Part shown: piece after piece, positions 41,641-50,819 of the stretch
Numbering within the stretch: the first letter of the stretch is position 1
Layout: each line of letters begins with the position of its first letter
Origin: a virus
Virus record (IMG/VR): IMGVR_UViG_3300025131_000017
Location: 17,556-81,555 of that record
Direction: 5' to 3' (one strand)
Length of the DNA stretch: 64,000 nt
The notes under the pieces: model-generated
Told to the model about the DNA's origin: nothing
Seen by the model: the letters and a program-made list of their open reading frames with translations, nothing else
Database searches by the model: none
Program-made: the position numbers and the translations under genes

Positions 41641-42745
41641 CCATTATTTTTTCAACTACATTTACTGTTACTGCATTACCTAAAGTTTTATATCTTTGGG
41701 TATCTGATACTCCTTCAGTCCAACCATCTGGGAATCCTTGGAGCCGCTCGTACTCCGTAGGTGTGAGTCTTCTAATTCTGAAGTATGGGTTCTTTTTAAG
41801 TAAATAATGTTCCTTATCTCGTACTGATGTAGTTAAAGTACCAACTAAGTTATCTGTTCTAGGTTCATATTGTTTACCGTTCCAAGGGGTATAATCTTTA
41901 TCTTTTCTTTCCTTCCTTATCTTCTTGGCTTCATCGGTTCTTTTTTCTGTTAGCATTGTGTAAATACCACTTAATGAATATGATGTGTTTAAGGTATTTG
42001 ATAAACCATTTTCAGATTTATAGATTCTTTGACCTTGTGGTTTGTTTCTTGTTAATTCAAATAACACTCCATGTGTATCTGTTGCTGTTAGAGTATGACT
42101 TGGTGCATTATTTTTTTTAAATCTTGTTCCATTCTGTTTCTTATTTATTCTTTGAGTATCTTGAACAGAATAAACATTTACTATTTCGTCTCTAGTAATT
42201 GTTGAGCCTTCTCCTGTGATAGGAAATATTTTTCGTCCACACTCTCCTCTAAGATGTCCGACAATATAGACCCGTTCTCTGTTTTGGGGAACTCCGAAGT
42301 CTTTGCTGTTAAGTACCTGCCATTCAACATCGTACCCCATGTCGGAGAGAACTTTAAGTATCGTATGGAAAGTTTGTCCAGATTCATGAGATAGTAAACC
42401 TTTAACGTTTTCAAGTACCAAATGTCTGGGTCTTTTTTCGGAACAAATCCTTGCGATGTCAAAAAAGAGTGTTCCTCTTGTATCGTCAAATCCTCTCCGC
42501 TTTCCAGCCACGCTGAATGCTTGGCAAGGAAATCCTGCACAAAGTAATTCAAATTCTGGGAGTTCATCTCCCATAATGTTAGTTGCATCTCCATAATTCT
42601 TAACTCCTTTAATTCTTTCTTCAAATATTTGTATAGCATATTTATTTATTTCAGAATATCCTACTAGTTCAGCATCCATTGTTGATTGTTGAATACCTAA
42701 TTCAAACCCACCTATTCCTGAAAACATTGAAAATACTTTTACCAA
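41621..42745 (-). CDS. dcm: C5-cytosine DNA methyltransferase (alpha chain)
   Basis: FSGIGG, GFPCQAFS, ENVKGL, PQNRERV, RRLTP..ERLQGFP, LGNAV. Confidence 0.95.
   Translation of the reverse strand: MVKVFSMFSGIGGFELGIQQSTMDAELVGYSEINKYAIQIFEERIKGVKNYGDATNIMGDELPEFELLCAGFPCQAFSVAGKRRGFDDTRGTLFFDIARICSEKRPRHLVLENVKGLLSHESGQTFHTILKVLSDMGYDVEWQVLNSKDFGVPQNRERVYIVGHLRGECGRKIFPITGEGSTITRDEIVNVYSVQDTQRINKKQNGTRFKKNNAPSHTLTATDTHGVLFELTRNKPQGQRIYKSENGLSNTLNTSYSLSGIYTMLTEKRTDEAKKIRKERKDKDYTPWNGKQYEPRTDNLVGTLTTSVRDKEHYLLKKNPYFRIRRLTPTEYERLQGFPDGWTEGVSDTQRYKTLGNAVTVNVVEKIMDAIYNE
42181..42594 (-). CDS. nested alternative-frame gene, M.EcoHK31I beta-subunit-like
   Basis: AGGAG RBS 9 nt before ATG 42594; WGTMLNG.YLTA.TSEFP..E....LSDILE..VD.KYFLS. 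Confidence 0.7.
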   Translation of the reverse strand: MEMQLTLWEMNSQNLNYFVQDFLAKHSAWLESGEDLTIQEEHSFLTSQGFVPKKDPDIWYLKTLKVYYLMNLDKLSIRYLKFSPTWGTMLNGRYLTAKTSEFPKTENGSILSDILEESVDEKYFLSQEKAQQLLETK

Positions 42746-44748
42746 TCTATAAACTCCTTGTCTGTTGTGGGTAGATTATCCCAATCAATCCAATCTTCAA
42801 TAGCAGCTGGGTTTAAATCTTTCTTACTTGCCCAAGATGGTGAACACATTTCCATATCAACTACTAGAGGAATATTTAAACTATTAGTTTGTAATAAATC
42901 TCTAATTTCATATGGAACTGAATCTAATTCAGTATTATGTATTTCACATATAATTTCATCATGTACTTGTAGAAGTATATTACTTTTCTTAGATTCTAAA
43001 TATTTATCTACTTCTAACATTCTTTCAGATAACAAATCAGCACTAGTACCTTGAACTAAATAGTTAACACCCTTATATGCAAAGTCTTTATTAATTAGGT
43101 ATTTTCTACCATATCTATTCTTTATCCATCCTCGACTTTCAACAGTCTGAACCACTTTATCAAAAAAATCTTTTGAACCTTTCATACCTTCAAAGTATTG
43201 TTTTTTATATTTCCCAGCTTCTTTAGGTGTAGTTCCTAATTGTTGGGAAAGTTTTTTATTACCAATACCATAAATAGTTCCAAAGGTTATTGCCTTTGCC
43301 ATTTGTCTATAGAATTTATATTGTTCATCATCTTCGTTTATATTGAAAGCTAACTTTGCAGCCTCTCCATGAAAATCTACATCATCTTTATTTAGAATTG
43401 CATTAATTATTTCATTTCTAAAATAAGACATAAATACCCTAACTTCCATTTGTTGATAATCAAATCCAACTAGTGTGTAATTATGTCGAGGAATAAACAA
43501 TCGTCTAATAGCTATTTGGGTTTTATCATTATCATCATAAGATTCATCACCTATAAATGACCATGTACCTAATACATCATTAGATAATTCGTCTTCCATA
43601 ATAATACCTTTTTGTCCTACTATTGCGGCAATCTTATCCTTCATACCTTGAACACCTTTATCGTCTAGTAAAGGTTCAACTAATTTAAAATGGTTTCTAG
43701 GGATATTTTGTAGGTTAGGTTCTCTACTAGATAGTCTACCTGTAGCAGTTCCCCAATTACAGAAATTAGTATGCATTGTATCTACTTCAAGATACGGGTC
43801 TATATAAGTAGACCTAAGTTTATCAATTGTCCTATATTGACGTATAAGACCTGCTATTCGATGATTAATATTGATTAGTGCTGCCTCATTCCATGAATCT
43901 TGCCCCTTTGGTGTCTTTATTGGAGATTCAATACCCATGTTATTAAAAATCTCACCTATTTGTTTAGGACTAGAGATATTAAACTCTTGCCCCGCCAAAG
44001 TATGGATTTCTTGTTGAACATTTTCTAATCTAGATATAATGGAGTCCTTAGTAGTTTTAGCATATTGTTTATCTATACTTATCCCTCTTTGTTCCATCTT
44101 GTACAATACTTTAGTTAAATCGCATTCTAAGTCAAATATTTTAAGTTGTTGAGTTTTCTGTATCTTTTTTAAATAATCTGTATATATTCTTGCAGTTAAA
44201 AGCACATCTTTTTTACAATAATCACCCAACATCTCTGGAGGTGCTAATGAAAAATCTTTGTACCATTTATTTGATTTTAATAGTTTCTTTGTTTCAATAT
44301 CATATGCAACTGCCTCTTCCCCATAGTTTCGTTTACCTGTAGGTGTAAGGGCAAGTTCTTTAGTATCACTATGTTCAATCAATCTCACCATAACAATAAC
44401 ATCGATTAACTTCTTACTAAGAACCTCTAATCCCTCTTTTTCTAAGAAATGTAAGTCAAATTTAATATTATAACCAATATAGTTTTTTACCAATTGGTTT
44501 AAAACAGAGATTAATTCCTCTACCAAACCCCAATCAAGATTTTCTCCTTGATGGTGTCTTATAGGATAATATTGAGATAAACCTTTGTGATTAGGTTCTC
44601 CTAATCCTATCCCACAAATTTGATTATAACCAAACGAATCTAACCCATTAGTTTCTACATCAACTACTATTGTTGGGTCTACCTCAAGAACTTGTTTTAA
44701 TTTATTTAGTTCCTCTTGAAAGGTTTTGTTGGTTATTATTGACATCAT
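42739..44748 (-). CDS. polA: family A DNA polymerase with 3'-5' exonuclease
   Basis: VDVET, YNIKFD, TGRLSS..PNLQNIP, DYQQMEVR, R..AKAITFGTIYG, QVHDE. Confidence 0.95.
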   Translation of the reverse strand: MMSIITNKTFQEELNKLKQVLEVDPTIVVDVETNGLDSFGYNQICGIGLGEPNHKGLSQYYPIRHHQGENLDWGLVEELISVLNQLVKNYIGYNIKFDLHFLEKEGLEVLSKKLIDVIVMVRLIEHSDTKELALTPTGKRNYGEEAVAYDIETKKLLKSNKWYKDFSLAPPEMLGDYCKKDVLLTARIYTDYLKKIQKTQQLKIFDLECDLTKVLYKMEQRGISIDKQYAKTTKDSIISRLENVQQEIHTLAGQEFNISSPKQIGEIFNNMGIESPIKTPKGQDSWNEAALININHRIAGLIRQYRTIDKLRSTYIDPYLEVDTMHTNFCNWGTATGRLSSREPNLQNIPRNHFKLVEPLLDDKGVQGMKDKIAAIVGQKGIIMEDELSNDVLGTWSFIGDESYDDNDKTQIAIRRLFIPRHNYTLVGFDYQQMEVRVFMSYFRNEIINAILNKDDVDFHGEAAKLAFNINEDDEQYKFYRQMAKAITFGTIYGIGNKKLSQQLGTTPKEAGKYKKQYFEGMKGSKDFFDKVVQTVESRGWIKNRYGRKYLINKDFAYKGVNYLVQGTSADLLSERMLEVDKYLESKKSNILLQVHDEIICEIHNTELDSVPYEIRDLLQTNSLNIPLVVDMEMCSPSWASKKDLNPAAIEDWIDWDNLPTTDKEFIDW

Positions 44749-45178
44749 GTACGTCTACTTTTATTTGTGCTTTGTTTAATATTTCTGTGGCTAAAGATTG
44801 ATTGTATTGAATATTTGCAACGATTCTTTTAACTTTACTATTAGCTATCATCTTAGCACAAGGAATACATGGTGTAACTGTTAAATATGCAGTTAGAATG
44901 TCATTTGACCTTAATTGAAGGAATGCGTTTTGTTCAGCATGTACAGCTAAACATTTCTCCAAATCTTCTCCTGAATTAGATGTTGCACCTTCGCAAGGTA
45001 CATCTAAACAATGTGGAAATTGTGTTGGTACACCATTATAACCTGTCGCCACAACATGGTTATTAGAATCTACCAACACACATCCAACTCTTCGTCTTCT
45101 ACATGTAGACCTTTTGCCTACAAGTATAGCCATTTCTAGAAAATAATCGTCTACTTCTAGTCTAGAATAATTCTTCAT
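44702..45178 (-). CDS. dCMP deaminase
   Basis: RSTC.RR.VG, GYNG, HAEQNA, PC..C; start likely at MKNYSR. Confidence 0.9.
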   Translation of the reverse strand: MKNYSRLEVDDYFLEMAILVGKRSTCRRRRVGCVLVDSNNHVVATGYNGVPTQFPHCLDVPCEGATSNSGEDLEKCLAVHAEQNAFLQLRSNDILTAYLTVTPCIPCAKMIANSKVKRIVANIQYNQSLATEILNKAQIKVDVHDVNNNQQNLSRGTK

Positions 45179-45866
45179 CACCCAATGCACTATTCTCGGT
45201 TTCAACATTAGGTGCATTGAACTTACCATATCTTTCTAAAAAGTAAGATTTAATTGCTGGTAAGTCTTTAATTTCCTTTTGTCTATCTTCAGGAATTACA
45301 TCGGTTTTAGGGGTTGCAACAATTTGATACGAAGTATCATACATACCAGTTCCTGTTCTTTTGAATCGGATTACACCTTTATTCAAGGAACCCCAATCAC
45401 TATAACAATCTACTAACTGATTCCATGTAGCATCTCTCATACCGAAACCTAATGAAACGATTCTAAAATCATTTACATCTTCTCGATACATTTTCTTGCC
45501 ACTAGGACCTTCTATTTCTACCCAATCATCTACTTTCTTTGAAGTATGTATTATATGGTATATATAAACCCAAAGAGCAAATTTGTGTTGTAGAATGGCA
45601 TCTTCTGGTACCCCTGATGTATCCACACCCTCAGCCTTAATTACATTTGTCCAATTACTACCACCAAAATTATTCTGGACTTGAAATGTATACAAATTAA
45701 TGTCATCAAGATGTCCGGTGGTATCGTTGTCCTTTCCTGTAGCAATAGATGTAGCAAAAATTTGGTCACCATCTTTTAACCAAACCTCTTTACCTCGGTC
45801 TTCAGGATTAGATGCTGGACCTCTAACTTCTTCTCTTCCTTTTGAAATTCTAGATATTCCACTCAT
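45162..45866 (-). CDS. single-stranded DNA-binding protein (phage OB fold)
   Basis: next to primase; FKRTGTG..TSY, acidic C-terminus ending DEELF. Confidence 0.65.
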   Translation of the reverse strand: MSGISRISKGREEVRGPASNPEDRGKEVWLKDGDQIFATSIATGKDNDTTGHLDDINLYTFQVQNNFGGSNWTNVIKAEGVDTSGVPEDAILQHKFALWVYIYHIIHTSKKVDDWVEIEGPSGKKMYREDVNDFRIVSLGFGMRDATWNQLVDCYSDWGSLNKGVIRFKRTGTGMYDTSYQIVATPKTDVIPEDRQKEIKDLPAIKSYFLERYGKFNAPNVETENSALGDEELF

Positions 45867-45884
45867 AATGAATTTTCTCCTTAT

Positions 45885-46754
45885 TTAAAAAATTGTTTTA
45901 TTATTTGTAATTACGTTATTTAGTACTTTAATGTCTTGTATTTCTTGAACATCTTTGTATTTTTTAGGTAACTGTAAATATGATAACATGAAACGCTTAG
46001 ACATGTCAACTGTAGCTTTTGATATTCCTTTTTGCCCAGCCTCATCATTATCTAATGCTAAGACTACTTCGTCTGGATGTAAAGAACTTATTAAATCCAT
46101 TTGTGTTGGGGATATTGATGCCCCTAAAATAGCGACTGCAGAATATCCATTTTGTTGTAACCACATACAATCTAATGCACCTTCAACTACAAATAAAGTT
46201 TCAGCACTATAAATTTGATTTATTCCAAACAAACTATGAGACTTTGCAAACCCATATGAAAATAAATATTTAGGTATTGCAGCCCTTCTTCGGTTAATCC
46301 AACCTAGAATTTCATCTTTGGTATTTTCAACCGGAATTAAAAAATCATCATAATTATTTGACTTACATCCCCATTGAGCAACACAATCCCTTGAAAACCC
46401 TCGTTTGTATATCCAATGATTAGTTGGTACGTCTTTTAAATTCTCTGGTTCTTTAACAGGTTTATCTTCTAAATCTTCTACTTTTATTTCATCTTCAAAA
46501 AGACTCAAATCTAATTCCCAAGTCTTTTCTTCTAATTCAGTATCAAGTTCTTTCCATGGTTTGCCTGTATATTTGTAGATAAAGTATTTTAAGCTACCTT
46601 GCCCACAACCTGCAAAACATATCCAAACACCCTTATCAAGATTAATTGAGCAACTTTGTCTCCCATCCTCGTGAAAAGGGCAATGGATAATAAACTGATT
46701 AGTATTTGGAACATCTATCCCATAATCAGTCAAGACTGAAAACCAATCTACCAT
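45885..46754 (-). CDS. dnaG: DNA primase (CHC2 zinc finger plus TOPRIM)
   Basis: CPFH.D..S...W.CF.GC, VVEG.LD, LDND.AG, KDV. Confidence 0.92.
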   Translation of the reverse strand: MVDWFSVLTDYGIDVPNTNQFIIHCPFHEDGRQSCSINLDKGVWICFAGCGQGSLKYFIYKYTGKPWKELDTELEEKTWELDLSLFEDEIKVEDLEDKPVKEPENLKDVPTNHWIYKRGFSRDCVAQWGCKSNNYDDFLIPVENTKDEILGWINRRRAAIPKYLFSYGFAKSHSLFGINQIYSAETLFVVEGALDCMWLQQNGYSAVAILGASISPTQMDLISSLHPDEVVLALDNDEAGQKGISKATVDMSKRFMLSYLQLPKKYKDVQEIQDIKVLNNVITNNKTIF

Positions 46755-46951
46755 TATTGGTATCGGTCTTTCTTGTCTTTTCTTAGAAATACAACAATCT
46801 CATTCTTATTACCATTGGTGTCATATACATATCCATCAGATATGTTACCAACTGTAATACTAATGGGTTTGCGTTTCCCATATTTTCCTTTTAGGGTTTT
46901 CACTACAACATTAGAGTCATCACCCTTTAAAAATTCAAATATATTCATCAT
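46754..46951 (-). CDS. hypothetical protein
   Basis: GGAGG RBS; 65 aa. Confidence 0.7.
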   Translation of the reverse strand: MMNIFEFLKGDDSNVVVKTLKGKYGKRKPISITVGNISDGYVYDTNGNKNEIVVFLRKDKKDRYQ

Positions 46952-46960
46952 AAACCTCCT

Positions 46961-48208
46961 TTAAAAGTCTTCCCATTCATAATTTGGTAATTCAACTATA
47001 TTACCATTGTTTACTTGCCAATCCATAACTGTTAAATCCTTTGTTAATTCTCCATCACGATATTTTTGGAATTGAACTAGTCTTTTATCATCTTCATTTT
47101 CTAATGCACACATAGCTAATGCTACATCTGCGGCACGAATTAAAGCATCTCCAAAGGCAACTTGGTCTGCTCTTGGTGGAGTAAACATATTGGCTGCCTC
47201 TCGTGTTGCTTGTGTTGATACCATAATAGGTGTGTTTGTAGAAGTGGCAAGATTCTTCAATCCATAAAACAACATGTGTGATTGTTCCCATGCTGCCCTT
47301 CGTGAATCTCCTGTATTTACAAGATATACACCATCGATGACTACAAATTTTGGATTATGTTTTCTAACTAATCCTGCTATGGCTTCCATAGAAATACCAT
47401 TTGCCCCTGAAATGTGGTCACATACCAACAAATCCCTTGAGTTTGATTTCTCTAAGAACTCTCGATACTTTTCCTCATCTAGTGGGTCACCATGTCGTAA
47501 AGCCCTATGAGAAAAATTATATCCTAACATTTTACCTAGTACTACATCTAATCTCATATTGATTGCTCGTGAAGGCATTTCAGTTGAAACTAATAGAGTT
47601 TTATATCCATTAGCAACCGCTGTAGCGGCTGAATGAACACATAACCATGTTTTACCAATTGTTGGTCTAGCAAACGCTGCTATTAGTTCTCCGGGACTCC
47701 AACCTACCCCTGTGTCGTTAATGCTTTTAAAACTTGTGGGAATACCCATGAGTCCATCACCCATCTCTCTTTTCTTAGTTCGTTCTCTCCACTCATCTAA
47801 TCTAGATATTGCACCATCATCATAAGATTTAACATCCTCATCATACACAACCTCAATGTCTGTTAATCCTACCATTATATTTGCTAAAGCCTCTTTTGGA
47901 TTTTCTTTTATTTTTTCCTTTTGAGCTTGAACAGTTTTTACAATAACTCGATGAAGTACTTGGTCTTTAAATGTCTCAACTGCATAATCAAAATTTACTG
48001 AATTGGCTGTTTTATCTACAGTTGGAAAGTTTTCACAGAGCATATCTGTGGAAGGAAACTCGCCATATTTATCAAAATGGTCTAATATAAAATCATAAGC
48101 ATCACCATGTCTAGCAAAATCTTTTTTAGAATGTTTAAATGAACGTAGGTTAGTTTTATTATCTAACCCCAACACTACCGCTGATTCTATGTATTCAAAA
48201 CTAGGCAT
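46961..48208 (-). CDS. dnaB: DnaB-like replicative helicase
   Basis: GIPT.F, ARPTIGKT, STEM, VIDG, STQ..R, ADV, QKYRDG. Confidence 0.93.
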   Translation of the reverse strand: MPSFEYIESAVVLGLDNKTNLRSFKHSKKDFARHGDAYDFILDHFDKYGEFPSTDMLCENFPTVDKTANSVNFDYAVETFKDQVLHRVIVKTVQAQKEKIKENPKEALANIMVGLTDIEVVYDEDVKSYDDGAISRLDEWRERTKKREMGDGLMGIPTSFKSINDTGVGWSPGELIAAFARPTIGKTWLCVHSAATAVANGYKTLLVSTEMPSRAINMRLDVVLGKMLGYNFSHRALRHGDPLDEEKYREFLEKSNSRDLLVCDHISGANGISMEAIAGLVRKHNPKFVVIDGVYLVNTGDSRRAAWEQSHMLFYGLKNLATSTNTPIMVSTQATREAANMFTPPRADQVAFGDALIRAADVALAMCALENEDDKRLVQFQKYRDGELTKDLTVMDWQVNNGNIVELPNYEWEDF

Positions 48209-48446
48209 TTAATTCTCCTTTATTAACGTCATTACTACTATAAAGTATTCTATTTTCATCTGTATGTACGTAATAGGATATACTATCTGAGGTATTATTG
48301 TCAATGTATTGTTTAGCTTGTTCAAAGTCTTTGTACGTAGCTACCTCAAAGGGTTTGTTGTCTTTACTCGACACCCCAATAATTTTATACAATTCTTTAA
48401 ATTTCTTATTTTTTTGGGGTCTAAGTAACCCTTTTTCTCGTCTCAT
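48201..48446 (-). CDS. hypothetical protein
   Basis: 81-aa overlapping ORF. Confidence 0.6.
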   Translation of the reverse strand: MRREKGLLRPQKNKKFKELYKIIGVSSKDNKPFEVATYKDFEQAKQYIDNNTSDSISYYVHTDENRILYSSNDVNKGELNA

Positions 48447-48870
48447 TTTTTTTCTCTTGTACCCATTCCTTTAATATTTGTAAAATTTCTTTTCGTCTTT
48501 TTCTTTTGGATGCTGTAGGCAACCATGTAGAATCTAAAAACATATACTCCCTAAATAATTTTTTAGTTGATGGATTACCATAATATTTTATAAACCAATA
48601 AATTTCTGGATTATGCGGGATAAGATAATATTTTATTCCTGCTGTAAAATAAGGTACATTTACTGTCCTATCATTATTCCTAATACAATTAGATATAGCA
48701 CATGCAACACTGCCACTACCAAACTCCTCAACAACTTCTTTCATTTTCTTCATCTCATTGCCTATAAACCCAACACCCTTATATTCTACACCATATTTCT
48801 CTTTGTATAAATTATTAAATAAGGAATACAAATCTTTGGCATTTAAATTATTTATATCTAAAAAATTCAT
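48421..48870 (-). CDS. hypothetical protein (replication module)
   Basis: ORF between sigma and helicase; start uncertain. Confidence 0.7.
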   Translation of the reverse strand: MNFLDINNLNAKDLYSLFNNLYKEKYGVEYKGVGFIGNEMKKMKEVVEEFGSGSVACAISNCIRNNDRTVNVPYFTAGIKYYLIPHNPEIYWFIKYYGNPSTKKLFREYMFLDSTWLPTASKRKRRKEILQILKEWVQEKKNETRKRVT

Positions 48871-49372
48871 CGGATAACTTTTCAAGCTTTTCTCTTAGGG
48901 ATTGTCTAACTTTGTAGGCACTCTCCCCTAAATCTTCTGTGATTTCTTCCATCGTTAAACCTTCTAATTTTAATTTAAGAAAAAATTTTTCTTTATCATC
49001 TAATCCTTGAGCATCAATAAATAACTTTGACTCTATCTCTGCAATTAAATTTTCGGGTCTATCATCAATAAGTGCATAAGCAATTGATTGTGGAAGTTGT
49101 CCAGACTCTGGAAATACATTATCTAAACTTCTTTGGTCTGGTTGTCTTTGGGCTTTACTGATTAAAGTACGGATTGTGTTTACTAAAGATGTGTGGAGAT
49201 ATGTGTGGAACACAATTCCTCTGTTTTCATCGAAGGCTTTCGCTGCTTTTATTAAAGATATTCGTAGTTCTTGGGCAACATCTTCTCTATCTAATCCTAA
49301 TATAAATGAATTAGACACCATTTTTTGTATTTTAGGATTCCATTGAGTGACTAAATCATCATTTATTTCCAT
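48848..49372 (-). CDS. phage RNA polymerase sigma factor (SigH/ECF-like, regions 2 and 4)
   Basis: G.DREDVAQE....L.KA...FD..RG..F.TY; C-terminal HTH GLTMEEI; start likely at MEINDD. Confidence 0.85.
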   Translation of the reverse strand: MEINDDLVTQWNPKIQKMVSNSFILGLDREDVAQELRISLIKAAKAFDENRGIVFHTYLHTSLVNTIRTLISKAQRQPDQRSLDNVFPESGQLPQSIAYALIDDRPENLIAEIESKLFIDAQGLDDKEKFFLKLKLEGLTMEEITEDLGESAYKVRQSLREKLEKLSDEFFRYK

Positions 49373-49829
49373 TATTTTTTGTTCTCTTACGTAATGTAGC
49401 CTCATTTCTTAATCTTTCTCCTAACGAAACTTTTTCGTTAGGGTTTGGTAATAAATACATTGGTCGACCTATTAATAATTCTAAATAAGGAAGTGTTTTC
49501 CTTATGTACCAGTAATCTTCCCACTTATTAAAACACTCTGCAAAACATTTGTCAGGAGTTAATGACAAAGATGCGACAGACTTAATTGAATCTGTCGAAC
49601 TTTCTAATTTATCAATTATGTTATTTAATTCTTTTACAATTAAAACACTTAATTTATCGTCTACTTCAGGATGATGACAAACCCAATGAATCGCAATTAA
49701 TACTGCCATTGAGTCAGAATCTTCTTCTCTTGATGTGTGTATTAATTCTCGCCCCTTCGAGGGGAGGAAACTAATATATGCCTCTAAAGTTTTGTTAACT
49801 TCTAGAGTCACGTTTACATCTGTTTTCAC
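49359..49829 (-). CDS. hypothetical protein
   Basis: 156-aa ORF, GTG start coupled to hsp20. Confidence 0.65.
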   Translation of the reverse strand: MKTDVNVTLEVNKTLEAYISFLPSKGRELIHTSREEDSDSMAVLIAIHWVCHHPEVDDKLSVLIVKELNNIIDKLESSTDSIKSVASLSLTPDKCFAECFNKWEDYWYIRKTLPYLELLIGRPMYLLPNPNEKVSLGERLRNEATLRKRTKNNGNK

Positions 49830-50230
49830 TATTCTATTGCAATATCAATAGTCTTTGGCTTTGCTTCTTCTGCTTTAGGTAATATAATTGAAAGTACTCC
49901 ATTTTTATAAATAGATGAAATTTTACCTTCTTCTACGCCAAATTTTCTTATGTTTGGAATACTTTTACTATATGACATGTCTCTAATTCCATTGATGATA
50001 AAAACATCTTTTTCAGTATTTGTCTTTACTTTGCTTGTTGCTTTAATCTCTAGATTTCCATTGTCAATAGAAACAGATAGGTCATCCTTAGCAACTCCCG
50101 GAACTACTACCTTTACTTCGTATTCATTGTCTCTCTCAACAATGTCCATAGGGTTTTTATCTGTCGTAACAAAATTTACCCAATTAGAATTAAATAATTC
50201 ATCAAAATCTTTAAAAAATGGTTGTAACAT
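49829..50230 (-). CDS. small heat-shock protein (Hsp20/alpha-crystallin)
   Basis: PMDIVE...VPGV.KDDL.V...L.I, YKNGVL.I.LPK.E..KPK.I.I. Confidence 0.92.
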   Translation of the reverse strand: MLQPFFKDFDELFNSNWVNFVTTDKNPMDIVERDNEYEVKVVVPGVAKDDLSVSIDNGNLEIKATSKVKTNTEKDVFIINGIRDMSYSKSIPNIRKFGVEEGKISSIYKNGVLSIILPKAEEAKPKTIDIAIE

Positions 50231-50260
50231 TATCTTACCTCCGTAATGCTCTTTTATAAT

Positions 50261-50289
50261 AGTATGTCAAAAAAATCAATTTTTGTCAA
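50261..50289 (-). promoter_or_regulatory. sigma70-type promoter of the hsp20/replication operon
   Basis: TTGACA-N17-CATACT. Confidence 0.6.
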
Positions 50290-50665
50290 CCTCTCTTCTA
50301 CCTTTATAATAACAAGTAGTTGAACAATATATTTTATTATACCCTTCTCTATACTTTTGTATAATTTGTCCTCGCTTTCTATAAAAGGGAACATGACAAG
50401 TGGCACAATTAACTTTTACATTATAATAATTAAATCTACACTTACCTTTATGTATTTTTGTCTTACTTATTTCTTTACAGTATAAACAATGAGTATCTTT
50501 ACTTCTCTTCGCCCTAATTGTTGGGACCCCATTTTGGTTTAATACTTTAAATATGTATTGACGAGAAACACTAAAGTTTTCCCCAATCTGTTCTAAAGTA
50601 TCATGTGGGTTATCATATCTATGTTGTATGATTTTAGAAGTCTTCAACTGACGCTTTTTCTTCAT
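50276..50665 (-). CDS. HTH plus zinc-finger putative transcription regulator
   Basis: TLEQIGENFSVSRQYI (sigma region 4-like HTH); CLYC, CATC, YCS..C. Confidence 0.7.
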   Translation of the reverse strand: MKKKRQLKTSKIIQHRYDNPHDTLEQIGENFSVSRQYIFKVLNQNGVPTIRAKRSKDTHCLYCKEISKTKIHKGKCRFNYYNVKVNCATCHVPFYRKRGQIIQKYREGYNKIYCSTTCYYKGRREVDKN

Positions 50666-50819
50666 GTTCTTTTACCCAACTAGCTATTAAATTTTTTAGT
50701 CGGGTTGATATATAGTTCGCATCTACATCACCAGATTCATCTACTTGTTTTATTGTTGATGAAGCTGCTACTATTCTAGTCCATTGTGCATCTGTAAATG
50801 ACATTGTTACGTCTGGCAT
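50634..50819 (-). CDS. small hypothetical protein (tail-associated)
   Basis: GGAGG RBS; coupled to the tail gene. Confidence 0.7.
   Translation of the reverse strand: MPDVTMSFTDAQWTRIVAASSTIKQVDESGDVDANYISTRLKNLIASWVKEHEEKASVEDF

Noticed and set aside
31935-48208. Inteins or introns in nrdJ, terL, recA, polA and dnaB
   Set aside because: Protein lengths are ordinary, and I saw no intein splice motifs or frame breaks.
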